Part shown: in pieces, positions 1-18,770 of the stretch
Position numbering within the stretch: position 1 is the stretch's first letter
Layout of the letters: every line of letters begins with the position of its first letter
Source: Schmidtea polychroa
Taxonomy: Eukaryota
Direction: 5' to 3'
Assembly (NCBI GenBank): GCA_044892525.1
Contig: CM097885.1
Coordinates: 10,852,001-10,916,000, forward strand
Length of the DNA stretch: 64,000 bases
Notes under the pieces: generated by a model
What the model saw: the letters and a program-made list of their open reading frames with translations, nothing else
The model's database searches: none
What the model was told of the DNA's origin: nothing
Translations under genes and position numbers: made by a program

Positions 1-25
1 TACGAGCATTTGTGTCTGTGACCTA

Positions 26-27
<2 letters not shown>

Positions 28-111
<84 letters not shown>
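28..111. repeat. (TA)n microsatellite
   Basis: Pure TA dinucleotide run. Confidence 0.95.
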
Positions 112-114
<3 letters not shown>

Positions 115-670
115 TCAGAACGGACTAGATTTTTACGAGATTTTGACCTACTTAAAATATGATTAATTTGACGTGAAATACATAAAAAAAATCATGAAAA
201 ACATTGAAATTCTTTAAAAAACAGAAAAATTTCAATGAAAATCATGTGAAAACTTAAATGTTCCGTGACCTACATAAAAATACTAGTTGATCTACTTCTT
301 CAACAGGAAGGGGGTAAGGTGTTAGAAGGGACCTGTGCCAGCGGTGACCAATCAATCTACTGAGGGGGGAAATTGCAGTAAAACATAAGCAATTTAATGT
401 CAATATTAGTACAGGACATATAATATTAAATATATCATTAATTTGAACACATGAGTCAATTTTAAGATTTAATTGTAAATGATTAACATAACTGTAAAAT
501 AGTAAAGTTAAAATAAATTTGTATTGTATTACGCAACGTTCAATTAAATTGATTGGCATTCGGTCTTTGACCTTAGAATAACTTCAGTAAAAGTGATAAG
601 TACAATAGTTTTATTTGTACATTCCTGAATAATGATTCAAAAAAATGTTAAAACATCTTAGTTTAAAGGT

Positions 671-7281
<6,611 letters not shown>

Positions 7282-8239
7282 AGTTAATAATAATAATAAA
7301 TGACTACTTCACGAATTTCCAAGAATAAAAATGAGAGCCAATCAAAAATCAGACGGATCTAAATGTTACTAAATATAGAAACAAAAACAAATTATTTTCC
7401 AAATACAAACAAATGATACAAACAATTGTATGAATGTTGCTGATTTTAATAATTGTAGATTTTTTAACAGCATTTATATCTAATATTAGAAAGATCCAAT
7501 CATTATTGATTGGCTTTAGCCATTAAAATAGAATTGTTATATCTACGTAGACCTGGATAGACTATGTACTAAAATTTTTGTCTTAATTCTGGGAATAATT
7601 GATACACAACGTAAGTAGTATGTATTGATCCTGCAACACCAAAGAGAAAATACCGCTAACCCCTCCACATAAAATTTTTCTTTTTTTTTTTTCAAAATTT
7701 TATAGCTCATTCTATTCTTGAACATCTCCACAAAGTACTTTTGAAGATTTACCAGAAAAAAGTTAAATAAATCAACAAAATGTTTTTTTGAATTTATCAA
7801 AAAATTTTTCAAAAAAGCTACTACCTCTTCTACTAAGTATTTTCAATGATTTTCAATGTACTAGAAAAATTTATTAAAAAATAACAAACAACTCATTATG
7901 TATTCTTATCAATCCTCCACAACAACATCTACAAAATAATTTTGATTATTTACTAAAGAGAAAAACAGTCCAATAAAATAAAACAAACATTTAATTTTTT
8001 TATTCTTATCAATCATCCGACATCAAAGATTTTCAATTTATTATATTAATAACAAAATGCTTTACAAAAGGATTCTGATGAGTTCTAAGGAAAAAACATT
8101 TCCAATAAAGGACCTGTGTAACTTTGTCCCATGGAATATTTGGCTTATAATTTCTCGCCAAGATAATTTTTTCAAAATTCTTATTTTTGTTTAAATGAAG
8201 TAAATTAATTTAAATTAAGTGATTTAATTTTTCCAATTT

Positions 8240-8810
8240 CAAAACCCGACGATGAAGAATACTGACTGTCTTGCAAGTTCTCATAATTGGAGCTGATTTC
8301 CAAATCGGGAAAATATTCGTTACTATCAAAAATTAAATTATTTACATCTTCCAATTCAACAACTTCTTCACTGTTTCCACAGAATATATCATTTAAAATA
8401 ATATCATGACCTTAAAATAAAAAATTATGCATTTCTAGAAGTTATAAATTTCGTACTCAAATCTTCTGAATACATTTTTTACAAAAAAAAATTAAAAAAT
8501 GGAAAATTGTGCAGCGAAAACGGAGATAAAAAATGGATCAATAAGAATTGAGAGGATATAAAAATTGTTCTATTTTTAGAAATGGTTTTCGCGTGATTTG
8601 ATTGGTTTTTCCAATTTTACACACAAACATTTCATAATTGAAACAAATTGTTTTTTACAGACTATTTGTAATTCATTTAAATTTTATTTTAGAAAATTTT
8701 CTTTCATAGAAAAAAATCTAATAATAATTTAATTAATTGTGATTATGAATTTTTATTGAATTTTTAAGTAAACTGTCTTGGAAAATTTTTATAAGAAAAC
8801 TTTAATGAGT
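8240..8810 (-). pseudogene. Truncated inverted copy of the 5' end (upstream region, exon 1, part of exon 2) of ETS paralogue B
   Basis: Near-identical reverse complement of ~33190-33755; ATG at 8475; similarity breaks off near 8240. Confidence 0.8.
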
Positions 8811-9839
8811 GAGGTCTCCACACATTTTATCAACACATTTTAGATAATTTTTAACCACCTAGGAACTTAAATGCTAAAATATTGAAATGGTCACAAAAAA
8901 AACAAACAGCTTGGTTTTTTTGCGTTTGCTACAATGTTAAAATGAAAGTCAAAAAATAAGCTAAGTAAATAAAAATACCAGTTTTGATATGTTGAATTAT
9001 ACAATTTCGTTGAGTAGAGATTTTACAATATTCATTTAAAATTGGAATTTATTAAAACAAATTTATTTCAAACAAAACAATGGGGCTTGGGCACCTTTTT
9101 GCACTGGGGCTATTTTATGAATTTTAAATTATATTAAATACATTATTATTTTTATAAGAAATTTTTTCAAAATTCACCACAGATTTCTTTTCAATTGACA
9201 TTGTATTTATTATAAAGGTTGACTGTGAATCTGTAAATACATCAAAAAAACATCGATATATTTACTGATTCATTGTCAAGTTTTTTAATTAATTGATTTT
9301 CTTTCAATTATGATAAAATATGTAAATTATGTAAAATATGACACACTTACTAGGCCATTGGCGCAATTTCCGCAAGAAAGATTATTTTAATTTTTTGGAT
9401 TTACCTGTATTATTTTTATATGCTAAGTAGAGCTTGTCAAAGTCAGACGTTGCCCAGAATTTTAGTTGTTTATCTTATTTATCAAATATTTATGTTATTT
9501 ATGTTATATTTATGTTACTGAAACACGGTTGGCAATAAGCACAATTATAATTTAATATAAAATTTAATAAAATCATAGGCAAATTAAGTATATTGTTTAT
9601 TTTTTTAATCTGAATTTGATAATGATTTTCGTGAAAAAGAGAGTAAAAGATTATTTAAAAAATTGTTTTTAATTTTTAATTTTAATTTAATATTAAATTA
9701 TTAAATTGATAAAAGTGCTAGTCAGAGGCACTACATTACCAAAATTCACATTCAATCAATAACAATCTTTATCAAAATCTATAAGTAATCACTGTATATT
9801 TGTTTGAAATATTTTATTATCTAGAATATTTCAGAAATT

Positions 9840-10530
9840 CCAGTTTTTTAGCTAACTCCTCTGATTTCGCCTTCAATATTGGGCCGTTGATATTTACGCC
9901 TCTACCACTAACAATAGAAAACTATTGATCTATTGCTCCCCTCGCGTCTTCTTTTGGATGTTCCTGCTTGTCCTTCTTGTAATACCAATTCCTCACGCAG
10001 TTGACTTTCTTGTCGTAAGACACGCGATATGAAATATTTGTGTACACCAGTTATCTCAGCGAGACGACGATAACTTGTATTAAGTGGCTGGCTTTTTATT
10101 TTATCTAGCAAAGCAAGTTTACTGAAAAGTGTCAAATCATTTCTTGGCATTTTGGCAAGGGTCAAATTTTTGAAAAATAAAATTGACAAAAAATAAGTTC
10201 ACGCACTGTTCACGCACGAGGTGTATTGGTGACTGCAAAATAAGCAACAAATGAGACAGTTGTCACGTGCCAGGTGTATTGGTAACTGAATAAGATCGGC
10301 GCGGATTGGCGCCACGCCAATCAGCTGTGAGACAACGCATGATATCAAATTCTTTGCACATATTTTTTCTTAAGAATATGTGTAATATAATATGTGCTGT
10401 GATCTTAAATTTACTGTCCCAATTAAGTGGATTGTTGTCCCAATTAAACATATAAATTTACTATTGGTTTCTTGGTTTGGTTTCGGTTCTTTTAGATTTG
10501 TCCTAATTAGGCGGCTGTCCCAATCGACTG
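9840..10530 (-). mobile_element. Tigger/pogo-like DNA transposon 5' remnant (CENP-B/psq HTH)
   Basis: MPRNDLTLFSKLALLDKIK..SYRRLAEITGVHKYFISRVLRQ, then out of frame NGPILKAKSEELAKKL. Minus-strand terminus TA-CAGTCGATTGGGACA with repeated TTGGGACA motifs. Confidence 0.7.
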
Positions 10531-10681
10531 TATTTAATATATTTTAATTTATTTTTATATTTAAAACTTATTTTAATTTATTTATTTAAGTATTTATATA
10601 AATATTTATGTAATCGGATAAATAAAATTTAAATGTTTATTTGTAATGTTCCATTTTAACTTAAACGTGGATTCTACCCGT

Positions 10682-10841
10682 TCATCCCCCTTCTTTAAAT
10701 TCTTTAATATTTTCAATATTCCTGATTAAAGACTTCCCCCTTATATCTCTCAGCATATAACTACGATCGTGTATTCGTTTTGTTACCGTGTATTGCCCTT
10801 CATACCTATCTTGATCCTTGTTTCGTATTTCTCGTTTGATT
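10682..10841 (-). mobile_element. 3' end of a Gypsy-like integrase plus polypurine tract; target site of the Polinton
   Basis: LIKREIRNKDQDRYEGQYTVTKRIHDRSYML..RNIENIKEFKEGG* overlaps PPT AAAGAAGGGGGA followed by TG. Confidence 0.6.
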
Positions 10842-11172
10842 AGTAGTGAGGAATCTATGCACCCCAGCACCCCCACCCTCAAAAAACAGCGCTATTAACC
10901 CATATTTTCCACATTTATATGCTTTTTTACCCCATATTCTTCACTTTTTTTAACTTTTAAACTTTGTCCCCTGTTGCCATTAACCCTTAATTTCTTCCCT
11001 TAAAAGTAAAAAAGTTCGGAATAGATGTATTTATAGATTAGTAATTCCGAGAAAAGGTAACGGGGTGCATAGATTCCTCACTACTTGGTCTTAAGGATTT
11101 AATGTTATAAGGATTTAATGTTATAAGAATATCAGATTACCTAATTCATAATGATCTAGGTCGCCTGATCAC
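10842..11172 (+). repeat. Polinton left TIR (~330 bp)
   Basis: Starts AGTAGTGAGGAATCTATGC; 10907-11172 is the reverse complement of 25515-25782 with few differences. Confidence 0.92.
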
Positions 11173-11245
11173 TTTTAGATTTAAAAAAAATAAAAATTAA
11201 TATCAAAACCAAAACATCGTATCCAACCAAAAGATTCTTTTAAAA

Positions 11246-14200
11246 ATGGAAGCTATTTTCAATTGTGAAATTTGTGAAAAAAATTTTAAAAATAAAACTG
11301 CTTTAACATCTCATAAAAAATCAAAAGACCATTTAATAAAAGCTAACACACTAGATGACACTAATTCCAAAATCTGTACTAAATGTAAGGATAGATATTT
11401 ATTTTCAGGTTATAAGAAGCATTTTAAAAATTGTATTGGAGTTCCTAAAAACAGAGAAATATTCGAATGTTCAGCATGTGGAAAAACGATGAGGATAAAA
11501 TCTTTTTACTTAAGACACATAGAAGATTGTGGTCTTGAAGCAAAAGATTCTGATTCAAACTCAATGACTGAAAAAGCTGAAAAACTAGAGTTTAATTGGG
11601 ATGACTTCAATCACACCGATGTAATTGCAGAAGTAAAACGAGGACCCAGATCAATCATGCAATATATAAGAGAAAATAAAAAAAAAATAATATCATCAAT
11701 GGATGATGCTATAAAAAAATTTGGTAGATCAAGATTTAATGTTATAAAAGTTAAATTTACAGGAAATGCAAAATACTGGAGAGGAGATGATTCGATCGCA
11801 ATGCCTCTAGATGTAAAAATTGAAACCTCATATAAATATTTATTTTCTACAAAAGCAGGAAATAAACTTGTTAATGATATAGCTAAAGAATTGGAAGAAA
11901 AACAAGAACAGGTGGAACAAGAACTAGGAGAATCTAATTTAAGATTCCACTCTTTTCAAAATATAGAGATTGAATACTGGAGAGGCGCACCACCAAATCC
12001 TAAATCTTTTATTCACACACCATTCACCTCCAACCATGTTATAAATGTACAGAATAAAGATAATAAATGTTTTCAATGGTCAATACTTGCACACTTACAT
12101 CCTCAAGCAACTAACCCACAGAGAGTTCAAAAATATGAAGAATATGAATCTGAATTAATTTATCCAAAAGATTTTTCCCACCCAATGAAAATTGAAGATG
12201 TTCCAGCATTTGAAAAATTAAATAATCTTAAAATTAATATTTATCAATTCATTCCAACCAAAATTACAAAAACTAGAAAAAATAAAAATTATAAACACAT
12301 TATTCCTATTTACATTTCTAACATGGAAATCTCAGATGAAAAGAGAGAAGTAGATCTTTTAATATTAGAAGAAGGTAAACCAGATGAAGACTTTGATGGA
12401 GAAGAATATGGTGAAGAGGTTCAAAGCGTTCACCCGAGGAGAGAAGCAGAAGAAGGCATTTCATTAGAACCAGAAGCAGAAAGCACTGCGTCCGGAGGCA
12501 CTATGTTAGATAAAAAACTTCATTATATCTTAATAAAGAATTTTCAAAGTTTTATGAAAGGAAACACACTCATTCGTGGAGGCATATGTTGTAAAAGATG
12601 TTTATATCATTCAAGTTCAAAACTTGCTGCCATTAAACATGAGAGACTCTGTTGTAAGAATCAACCTGCTTTAATAAAAATGCCACACAAGAAAAATGCT
12701 AATATGAGGTTTAAAAACTATTCCAATCTATTAGAAGCATTGGGAGTGGTTTATTGTGATTTTGAAGCTATAAATGTAAAACTAAGACGAACAAAAACTA
12801 ATACTGTAAAACTAACAAAACAATTACCCTCTGCTTATAAAATGTTTTTTAAAAGTAATTATCCAGAACTTGTAGAATCTAGAGAATATTCATTTAGAGG
12901 AACTTCTGACAAAGAGACTCTAGATCATTTTGTTAAAACTTTAAATAATCTAGAACATGAATTATATATAATATTAAAATCCAACTTTCCTATGAATTTT
13001 TCAGAAGAACAAGAGGAAGAATATAAAAATGCAACACACTGCTGGATGTGTAAACAAGAGTTTGATATTCAGGAGGAGGAGGATGAGGAGCCAAAGGTTG
13101 CAGACCATGATCATTTTAAAAGAGAAAATAATTACAGAGGAGCAGCCCATTAAAAATGTAATCTCAATTGTAAAAAACCAACACACATACCATTTATATT
13201 TCACAATCTTTTTGGCTATGATATTCACCTATTCATTAAGCATCTGGCCGCAAATGCTAAAAACTCTTTCAAGGTTATTGGACTTAAAAAAGAAAAATAT
13301 AAAAGCATTCAATATGGATGCTTTAAGTTTTTGGACTCGTTAAATTTCTTAGGGATGTCTTTGGATGGGATTGCTAAAACTATGAACCCTGAGGATTTTA
13401 AATATACAAAAGAACATGTGTTATTAAAAAACAATATTCCATTAGAGGAATATAATACCTGTCTAGCAAAAGGAATCTATCCATATGATTATATAGACTC
13501 CTTTGAAAAATATAATGAATTACTCCCACCCCAAGAAGATTTCTTTTCTGTTTTAACACAATCAGGGATTTCTGATCAGGAATATTCCCGTGCAGTTAAA
13601 ATGTGGAATCTATTCAACTGTAGAAACCTTGGAGAATATACTGACATGTATCTTTCCTTGGATGTTTATATCTTAGCTGATTGCTTCGAGACATTTTCAA
13701 AAGCTTTTGAATTAAAACCTTATAATTATATAACCGCTCCCTCTCTAGCTTGGGATATATTATTATATACCATATGGACTGATGAAGATGTAGCAGTAAG
13801 AAATAAAACTATTGAATTATTAGTTGAGCTTGATATGTTTAATGTATATAAACATAATATAAGAGGAGGTATTTCTTCAGTACAAGGGAATAGAGAAATA
13901 AATGCTAATAATTTTACAACTCTTTATCCTAAATTTTTCAAAGATCCTAATGCTCTATATGTAGAAATAACAAACCCAGAAGATCGTAAGGAAATAATGG
14001 AAGGTCTTTCTAATCCTTCTGAAATAATGTATATAGATGCAACAGCTTTATATGCGGGAGTAATGACTCAATACCTTCCAATTGGCAAGTTCACCTGGAA
14101 AGAACCCACTGAGGAATTAATACAAGAAATTCTAAAAACACCAAAAGATTCTCAATTTGGATATGTCATAGAATGCGATCTTGAATATCCCAATGAAATA

Positions 14201-15631
14201 AAATCCAGAACTAGATATTTTCCATTTGCTCCTGTAAGAAGAAAGATCTCTCCTGAAGAACTATCAGATTGGCAGATGGCTCAGGATAGATCGCCCTGTA
14301 TAAAACTTTTATGCGATCAGACCGATAAAACTGATTACCTTTGTCATTATAGACTCCTTCAGTTTTATCTCTCCCATGGAATGGTTTTAAAAAAAGTACA
14401 TTCCATTATTAAATTTCGACAAGCCCCTTTTATGAAAAAATTCATAGAGGGAAATATTTTGAAAAGAAATGCAGCAAAGAGAGCTGGAAATGCATTTCTT
14501 GATATGATTTACAAACTCCTGAACAATGCGGTCTTTGGAAAGACCATGGAGAATATAGACAAGTACACACGTGTAGAGCTTTTGACCAATACATCAAAAG
14601 ATCTTAATAGGTACAACCGGATAATTGGAAAGCCCACATTTAAAAATGCCGAGATATTCTCTAGTAACCTTATAGCCATAGAGATTAAAAACTCTGTAAA
14701 AACTTATAATAAACCAATCTTTATAGGGTTTTCAATTTTAGAACTTTCAAAGCTTCAAATGTATGAAGCCTACTATGATGTTCTAGTACCACATTTTGGA
14801 GATCGAATATCCATGCATGCTATGGACACTGATAGTATGTTTTTAAAAGGTCATAGTAAAGATTTAAAAAAGGAAATAAGTGAAAACGAAACCTTAAATA
14901 AATTAATAAACAACTCTGGAGAATTATTTACTTTTAAAGATGAAAAACCAAATACTCCAATAAGTGGAGGAGTGTTTATTAGACCTAAACAATATTCTCT
15001 TGAAATGAAAGACAAACCAATTATGAAAGAGCATACAATAAAATTTATAATAGAAGGATCTGTTGAAATAGATCACACATTTGAATATCCTTCATTCCCT
15101 GAAAACCCGAAAAGCTATAAAGAAAATAAAAGTAAAGGAATTCAAAAATCAGTGTCAAAAACCTTCACACATCAAGAGTATAAAGATTCATTAAATATAA
15201 ATTATAAAAATAAAATTGCTAAAACCCATCATCTTAAATCAGAGAAACATAATATATATCTTGAAGAGTGTAACAAGATTGCTATAACAAATTATGATGA
15301 TAAAAGATTTATACTTTCTGACTTGAAGACAACATTACCTATTGGAAATGATTTAATCCCTATAATAAAAAATCTTGATAAAATAAATGAAATTTATAAC
15401 CTAGAGATTACAGACCTTCAACATGCTAAAGTAGAAATCCAATATCCTGAAATATTAATTCCTAAACCTTTATATAATCAAGTTCAAAATATAAAACCTA
15501 TAGAACTTAAATATTTTAATACTGATCCTGAATATATCCAAGGACTAACACCAGAAGACTTTAAATCACATAAATTAATGTTAAAAAGCATTACTGCAGA
15601 AATAATTATAAATCAATTACGACTGGTCTAA
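11246..15631 (+). CDS. pPolB: Protein-primed family B DNA polymerase with N-terminal zinc fingers and an EndoVII/HNH-like insert; single in-frame TAA at 13151-13153
   Basis: Exonuclease motifs YCDFE, FHNLFGYD, YLSLDV; polymerase motifs YIDATALY, KLLNNAVFGK, MDTDS; CWMC..DHDH..YRGAAH*KCN. Both listed ORFs are in one frame and 13154-13330 translates without stops. Confidence 0.95.
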
Positions 15632-15655
15632 GAATTAGAATTTTAACACTATAAA

Positions 15656-16210
15656 ATGATGGAAACTAAAAATCAAGAAAATAACATTTTTGAAATTATA
15701 AAAAATATTACTAATTTAAAGGATAACAGATGTAAAGGAATACAGAGAGTGGTTGTAAAGAATCTTTCTCATCAAGATTATATAGATACATTGAATCCAA
15801 ATCATAAAGATAAAATTGATGAAATACATCAACTTAAAAGTGAAAACCATGATATTCACTTGATAGAATCTCAAAAAGTATCATTATCAAATTATGATGA
15901 TAAGAGATTCATACTAAGTGATTTAAAGACAACTCTACCTATTGGAAATAATTTAATCCCTATAATAAAAAATCTAGAAAAGTTGAATAAGTTATATGAT
16001 ACAAAGATTACTGATCTTGATATTTATAATGTTGAAATTATTTATCCCGAGAGAGAAATCGAGAAACCTTTATATTCTCAAGTTTATAATCCTATATGTT
16101 TAGAACTTAAATATTTTAATACTGATCCTGAATATATAAAAGGTCTAAGTGATAAAGAATTTAAAGATCATAAATTAATGATTCATAGGTTGGCTTTCAA
16201 CGATATTTAA
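15656..16210 (+). CDS. Stand-alone paralogue of the pPolB C-terminal ~160 aa
   Basis: Gapless alignment to the pPolB end: KGIQ, NYDDKRFILSDLKTTLPIGN, KPLY, ELKYFNTDPEYI, HKLM. Confidence 0.9.
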   Translation: MMETKNQENNIFEIIKNITNLKDNRCKGIQRVVVKNLSHQDYIDTLNPNHKDKIDEIHQLKSENHDIHLIESQKVSLSNYDDKRFILSDLKTTLPIGNNLIPIIKNLEKLNKLYDTKITDLDIYNVEIIYPEREIEKPLYSQVYNPICLELKYFNTDPEYIKGLSDKEFKDHKLMIHRLAFNDI

Positions 16211-16288
16211 TTTTTTAATAATAAAATGTCGACAATTAATTTAAGCAACTATAGCAACTTGATCTACTTTTTTAAAAATTCATCCATT

Positions 16289-16876
16289 TTATAAGTAAGA
16301 ATTCTTTAACCACTTGTCTCGTTTAATTTTTTTAGAATATTCATTAGTTATAATATTTGCACTTTTTAATTTTATAATTTCATTTTTAATATCTTGTATT
16401 ATTTGATTTGATTTCATTATTTCTTCGTCTGTCAGGATTCCATCTTCCAAAGCTTTTAATTGAAATAAAAATAATTTAGAGATTCCTAATTCTATTGATA
16501 AACAAACTTCTCTATATAAACTTTTCTTTTTAGAAGTATAAGATAATGAAACTATTTCAGTTAAGAAACCATCAGCCACAGAAATACTTCCAAGTATTAC
16601 AGGTGCAAGAGTAACAACTGGTAAAGTTATGGGTAAAATAACTGTTAATATTGCAGATGCAAATCCTAAAGAATAACCTATAACTTTTAAAACTGTATTC
16701 CCTTTATTCCATCTGCTTTTAATTTTTTTATAATGTTGAAGTAAATCTTGTAAATGTAATCTTTCTGATTTAAATTCTTTTACTCTCATAATTTCAAGTT
16801 CTGTGGGAGCTGAAGGAAGGGGTCTGACCTCCGGATAAATTTTTTTTACTTCTTCCATCTTTTGAAACTCATCCAT
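16289..16876 (-). CDS. Polinton hypothetical membrane protein with PSAP motif
   Basis: 195 aa intact ORF; N-terminal IYPEVRPLPSAP, coiled-coil-like stretch, long hydrophobic segment VIGYSLGFASAILTVILPITLPVVTLAPVILGSISV. Confidence 0.75.
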   Translation of the reverse strand: MDEFQKMEEVKKIYPEVRPLPSAPTELEIMRVKEFKSERLHLQDLLQHYKKIKSRWNKGNTVLKVIGYSLGFASAILTVILPITLPVVTLAPVILGSISVADGFLTEIVSLSYTSKKKSLYREVCLSIELGISKLFLFQLKALEDGILTDEEIMKSNQIIQDIKNEIIKLKSANIITNEYSKKIKRDKWLKNSYL

Positions 16877-16923
16877 TTTAATAAAACTAAAATAAGAATT
16901 TAACTACTAAGAATAATTAAAAC

Positions 16924-17931
16924 TTAAACTCTCAACAAGACTTTATCAGCCACCAACACCCGTATATCATAGAAAAATCTTGTTGTGAGCTCATCTTTAT
17001 ACAACTCGAATAATGCTTTACGAACTTCATCAACATCAACCTTTTTTTCATAAAATATTAAATCTATATAATGCACAAGTGTGCTTTTAAAATCAATAGT
17101 TTTACTTCTAACTTTGTGTGCTTTACCTGTTTGAGTATTATCATGCCAAAACCCTCGTGTTAAATCATAACTAGTCATTATAACATCACCTTTTTCAAAC
17201 TTACTATTATAATCACATTTCACAAACCATTTCATTGTTTCACCATCATCATTAAACAAAAAGAAATATGGATCAATAATCTTTACAATCATGTAACAAG
17301 ACCATTCTTTACTGTTTGTTGTTATTAAAATTGGTTCTATAAAATGTTTATATGTATTTGCTAATAATGTTTTATTCTGTTCTAATTCAGCAGCTCTTTT
17401 TCTAATGGTGTGTATGCTGTTAATGTGTGTTGTATGAGATTCTAATTTTACAAGTCTTGCATTAAATGATGTAATCATCTCATTTATTATATTATATATT
17501 GCATTAAATTTATTATCCATAAGTTGTTTATCCATAATTTGTTTATCCATAAGTTGTTTATCCATAAGTTGTTTATCCATAATTTGTTTATCCATAAGTT
17601 GTTTATCTTTAGAGATTAACAGACTTTGTAACTTGTCAAATTTATCATTAAATCGTTGTTCGATATTATTAAGCTTTGATTCCATTTTTGTTGTTAATGA
17701 ACTTTCAATTCTTGTTGTTGTTAAATCAACATATTTCTTATTAACTGCATCAGCTTCATCAGTTGGAAAAGATAATTCTTTTATCTTGTGTCCATTTAAA
17801 ATTAAATCACCCTTCATTGAATCACCTCTTTCATTAATATATTTATTTTCTGTTAAAGTTAATATTTCTTCTGTATTAAACCCTGTTTTTATTGTTCCAC
17901 CACCTCTATTACATGGAATATAAGAACTCAT
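16924..17931 (-). CDS. Fibre/spike-like protein with DKQ(L/I)M repeats
   Basis: GDSMKGDLILNGHKIKELSFPTDEADAVNKKYVD resembles trimeric fibre neck repeats; followed by coiled coil and a globular C-terminus; adjacent to penton. Confidence 0.6.
   Translation of the reverse strand: MSSYIPCNRGGGTIKTGFNTEEILTLTENKYINERGDSMKGDLILNGHKIKELSFPTDEADAVNKKYVDLTTTRIESSLTTKMESKLNNIEQRFNDKFDKLQSLLISKDKQLMDKQIMDKQLMDKQLMDKQIMDKQLMDNKFNAIYNIINEMITSFNARLVKLESHTTHINSIHTIRKRAAELEQNKTLLANTYKHFIEPILITTNSKEWSCYMIVKIIDPYFFLFNDDGETMKWFVKCDYNSKFEKGDVIMTSYDLTRGFWHDNTQTGKAHKVRSKTIDFKSTLVHYIDLIFYEKKVDVDEVRKALFELYKDELTTRFFYDIRVLVADKVLLRV
17516..17605. repeat. Coding 15-bp minisatellite x6
   Basis: TCCATAA(G/T)TTGTTTA units in the order G-T-G-G-T-G, i.e. 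a duplicated 45-mer. Confidence 0.95.
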
Positions 17932-17957
17932 TTATTAATAATTTAAAATGGACTTCG

Positions 17958-18722
17958 TTAAACCTGTTTCAAATGTAAATACATTGAAATCTCTTCTCCA
18001 TTAAAATCAATCAATTCTCCTTCTTGATTAAGAATTTTAAAATTAATATCCATTATATATTTTCTACATAAAGGTAAATAATTTGGAGGATTCATTCTTT
18101 CAACTATTTTATATCCCATAGGAACTGTGTTTGAGGGAAAGGAATATAAAACATTTGTTTGTTTACCATTATTATAAGAACCTGTTATACAATCGCAATG
18201 AATATTTATTGTGTTTGTATTTATTATTTTTATATTATGTTCTGATGTTATTATTTTATCTTCTTTTATTGTTATATCCATAGGTTTAAATCCTAAAACT
18301 GTGTGAAATAAACAATTATCTAAAAAACTAATTTTTATATTCTTCAAAGTCATTACACATTTTGAAGTTGGTATATCCATTTTAATTTTAATACCTTCAT
18401 TTGTTTTTTTAGAAAGTATATCATTTAAATCTTTTATCTCATATGCCCCAGGTTCTATTGTTATAATTTCTGGTTTATGCCCATCACGAGTTTGAATAGT
18501 AAATTTATTATTATCTTTAGTTATATTAAAAATAGTATTATAAGCACAAAACCATAATAGCCCCAATTCATAATTTAAATTTTGATCTAATTTAATTGAA
18601 TCTTGAAAGTTTATAGTAAAGTCTGATTCTTTTGAATTTATAGATAAAGTTCTTGAATATTTATCTGACATTATGTTTACCATTTTTTTTAAATTATCTT
18701 CCGGAGGGTTGTGAAGCTCCAT
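17958..18722 (-). CDS. Penton / minor capsid protein (single jelly-roll)
   Basis: YNTIFNI, IEPGAYEI, INIHCDCITGSY, VPMGYKIVE..PNYLPL, LNQEGELIDFNGE motifs typical of Polinton pentons. Confidence 0.85.
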   Translation of the reverse strand: MELHNPPEDNLKKMVNIMSDKYSRTLSINSKESDFTINFQDSIKLDQNLNYELGLLWFCAYNTIFNITKDNNKFTIQTRDGHKPEIITIEPGAYEIKDLNDILSKKTNEGIKIKMDIPTSKCVMTLKNIKISFLDNCLFHTVLGFKPMDITIKEDKIITSEHNIKIINTNTINIHCDCITGSYNNGKQTNVLYSFPSNTVPMGYKIVERMNPPNYLPLCRKYIMDINFKILNQEGELIDFNGEEISMYLHLKQV

Positions 18723-18770
18723 TTCTTTAGTAGTAAATTCATATAGTAAAAATTCTTATAGTAAAAATCC

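Noticed and set aside
13029..13343. 104-aa alternative-frame ORF suggesting a programmed frameshift in pPolB
   Set aside because: The conserved FHNLFGYD motif is in the original frame after the stop, so no frameshift is needed.
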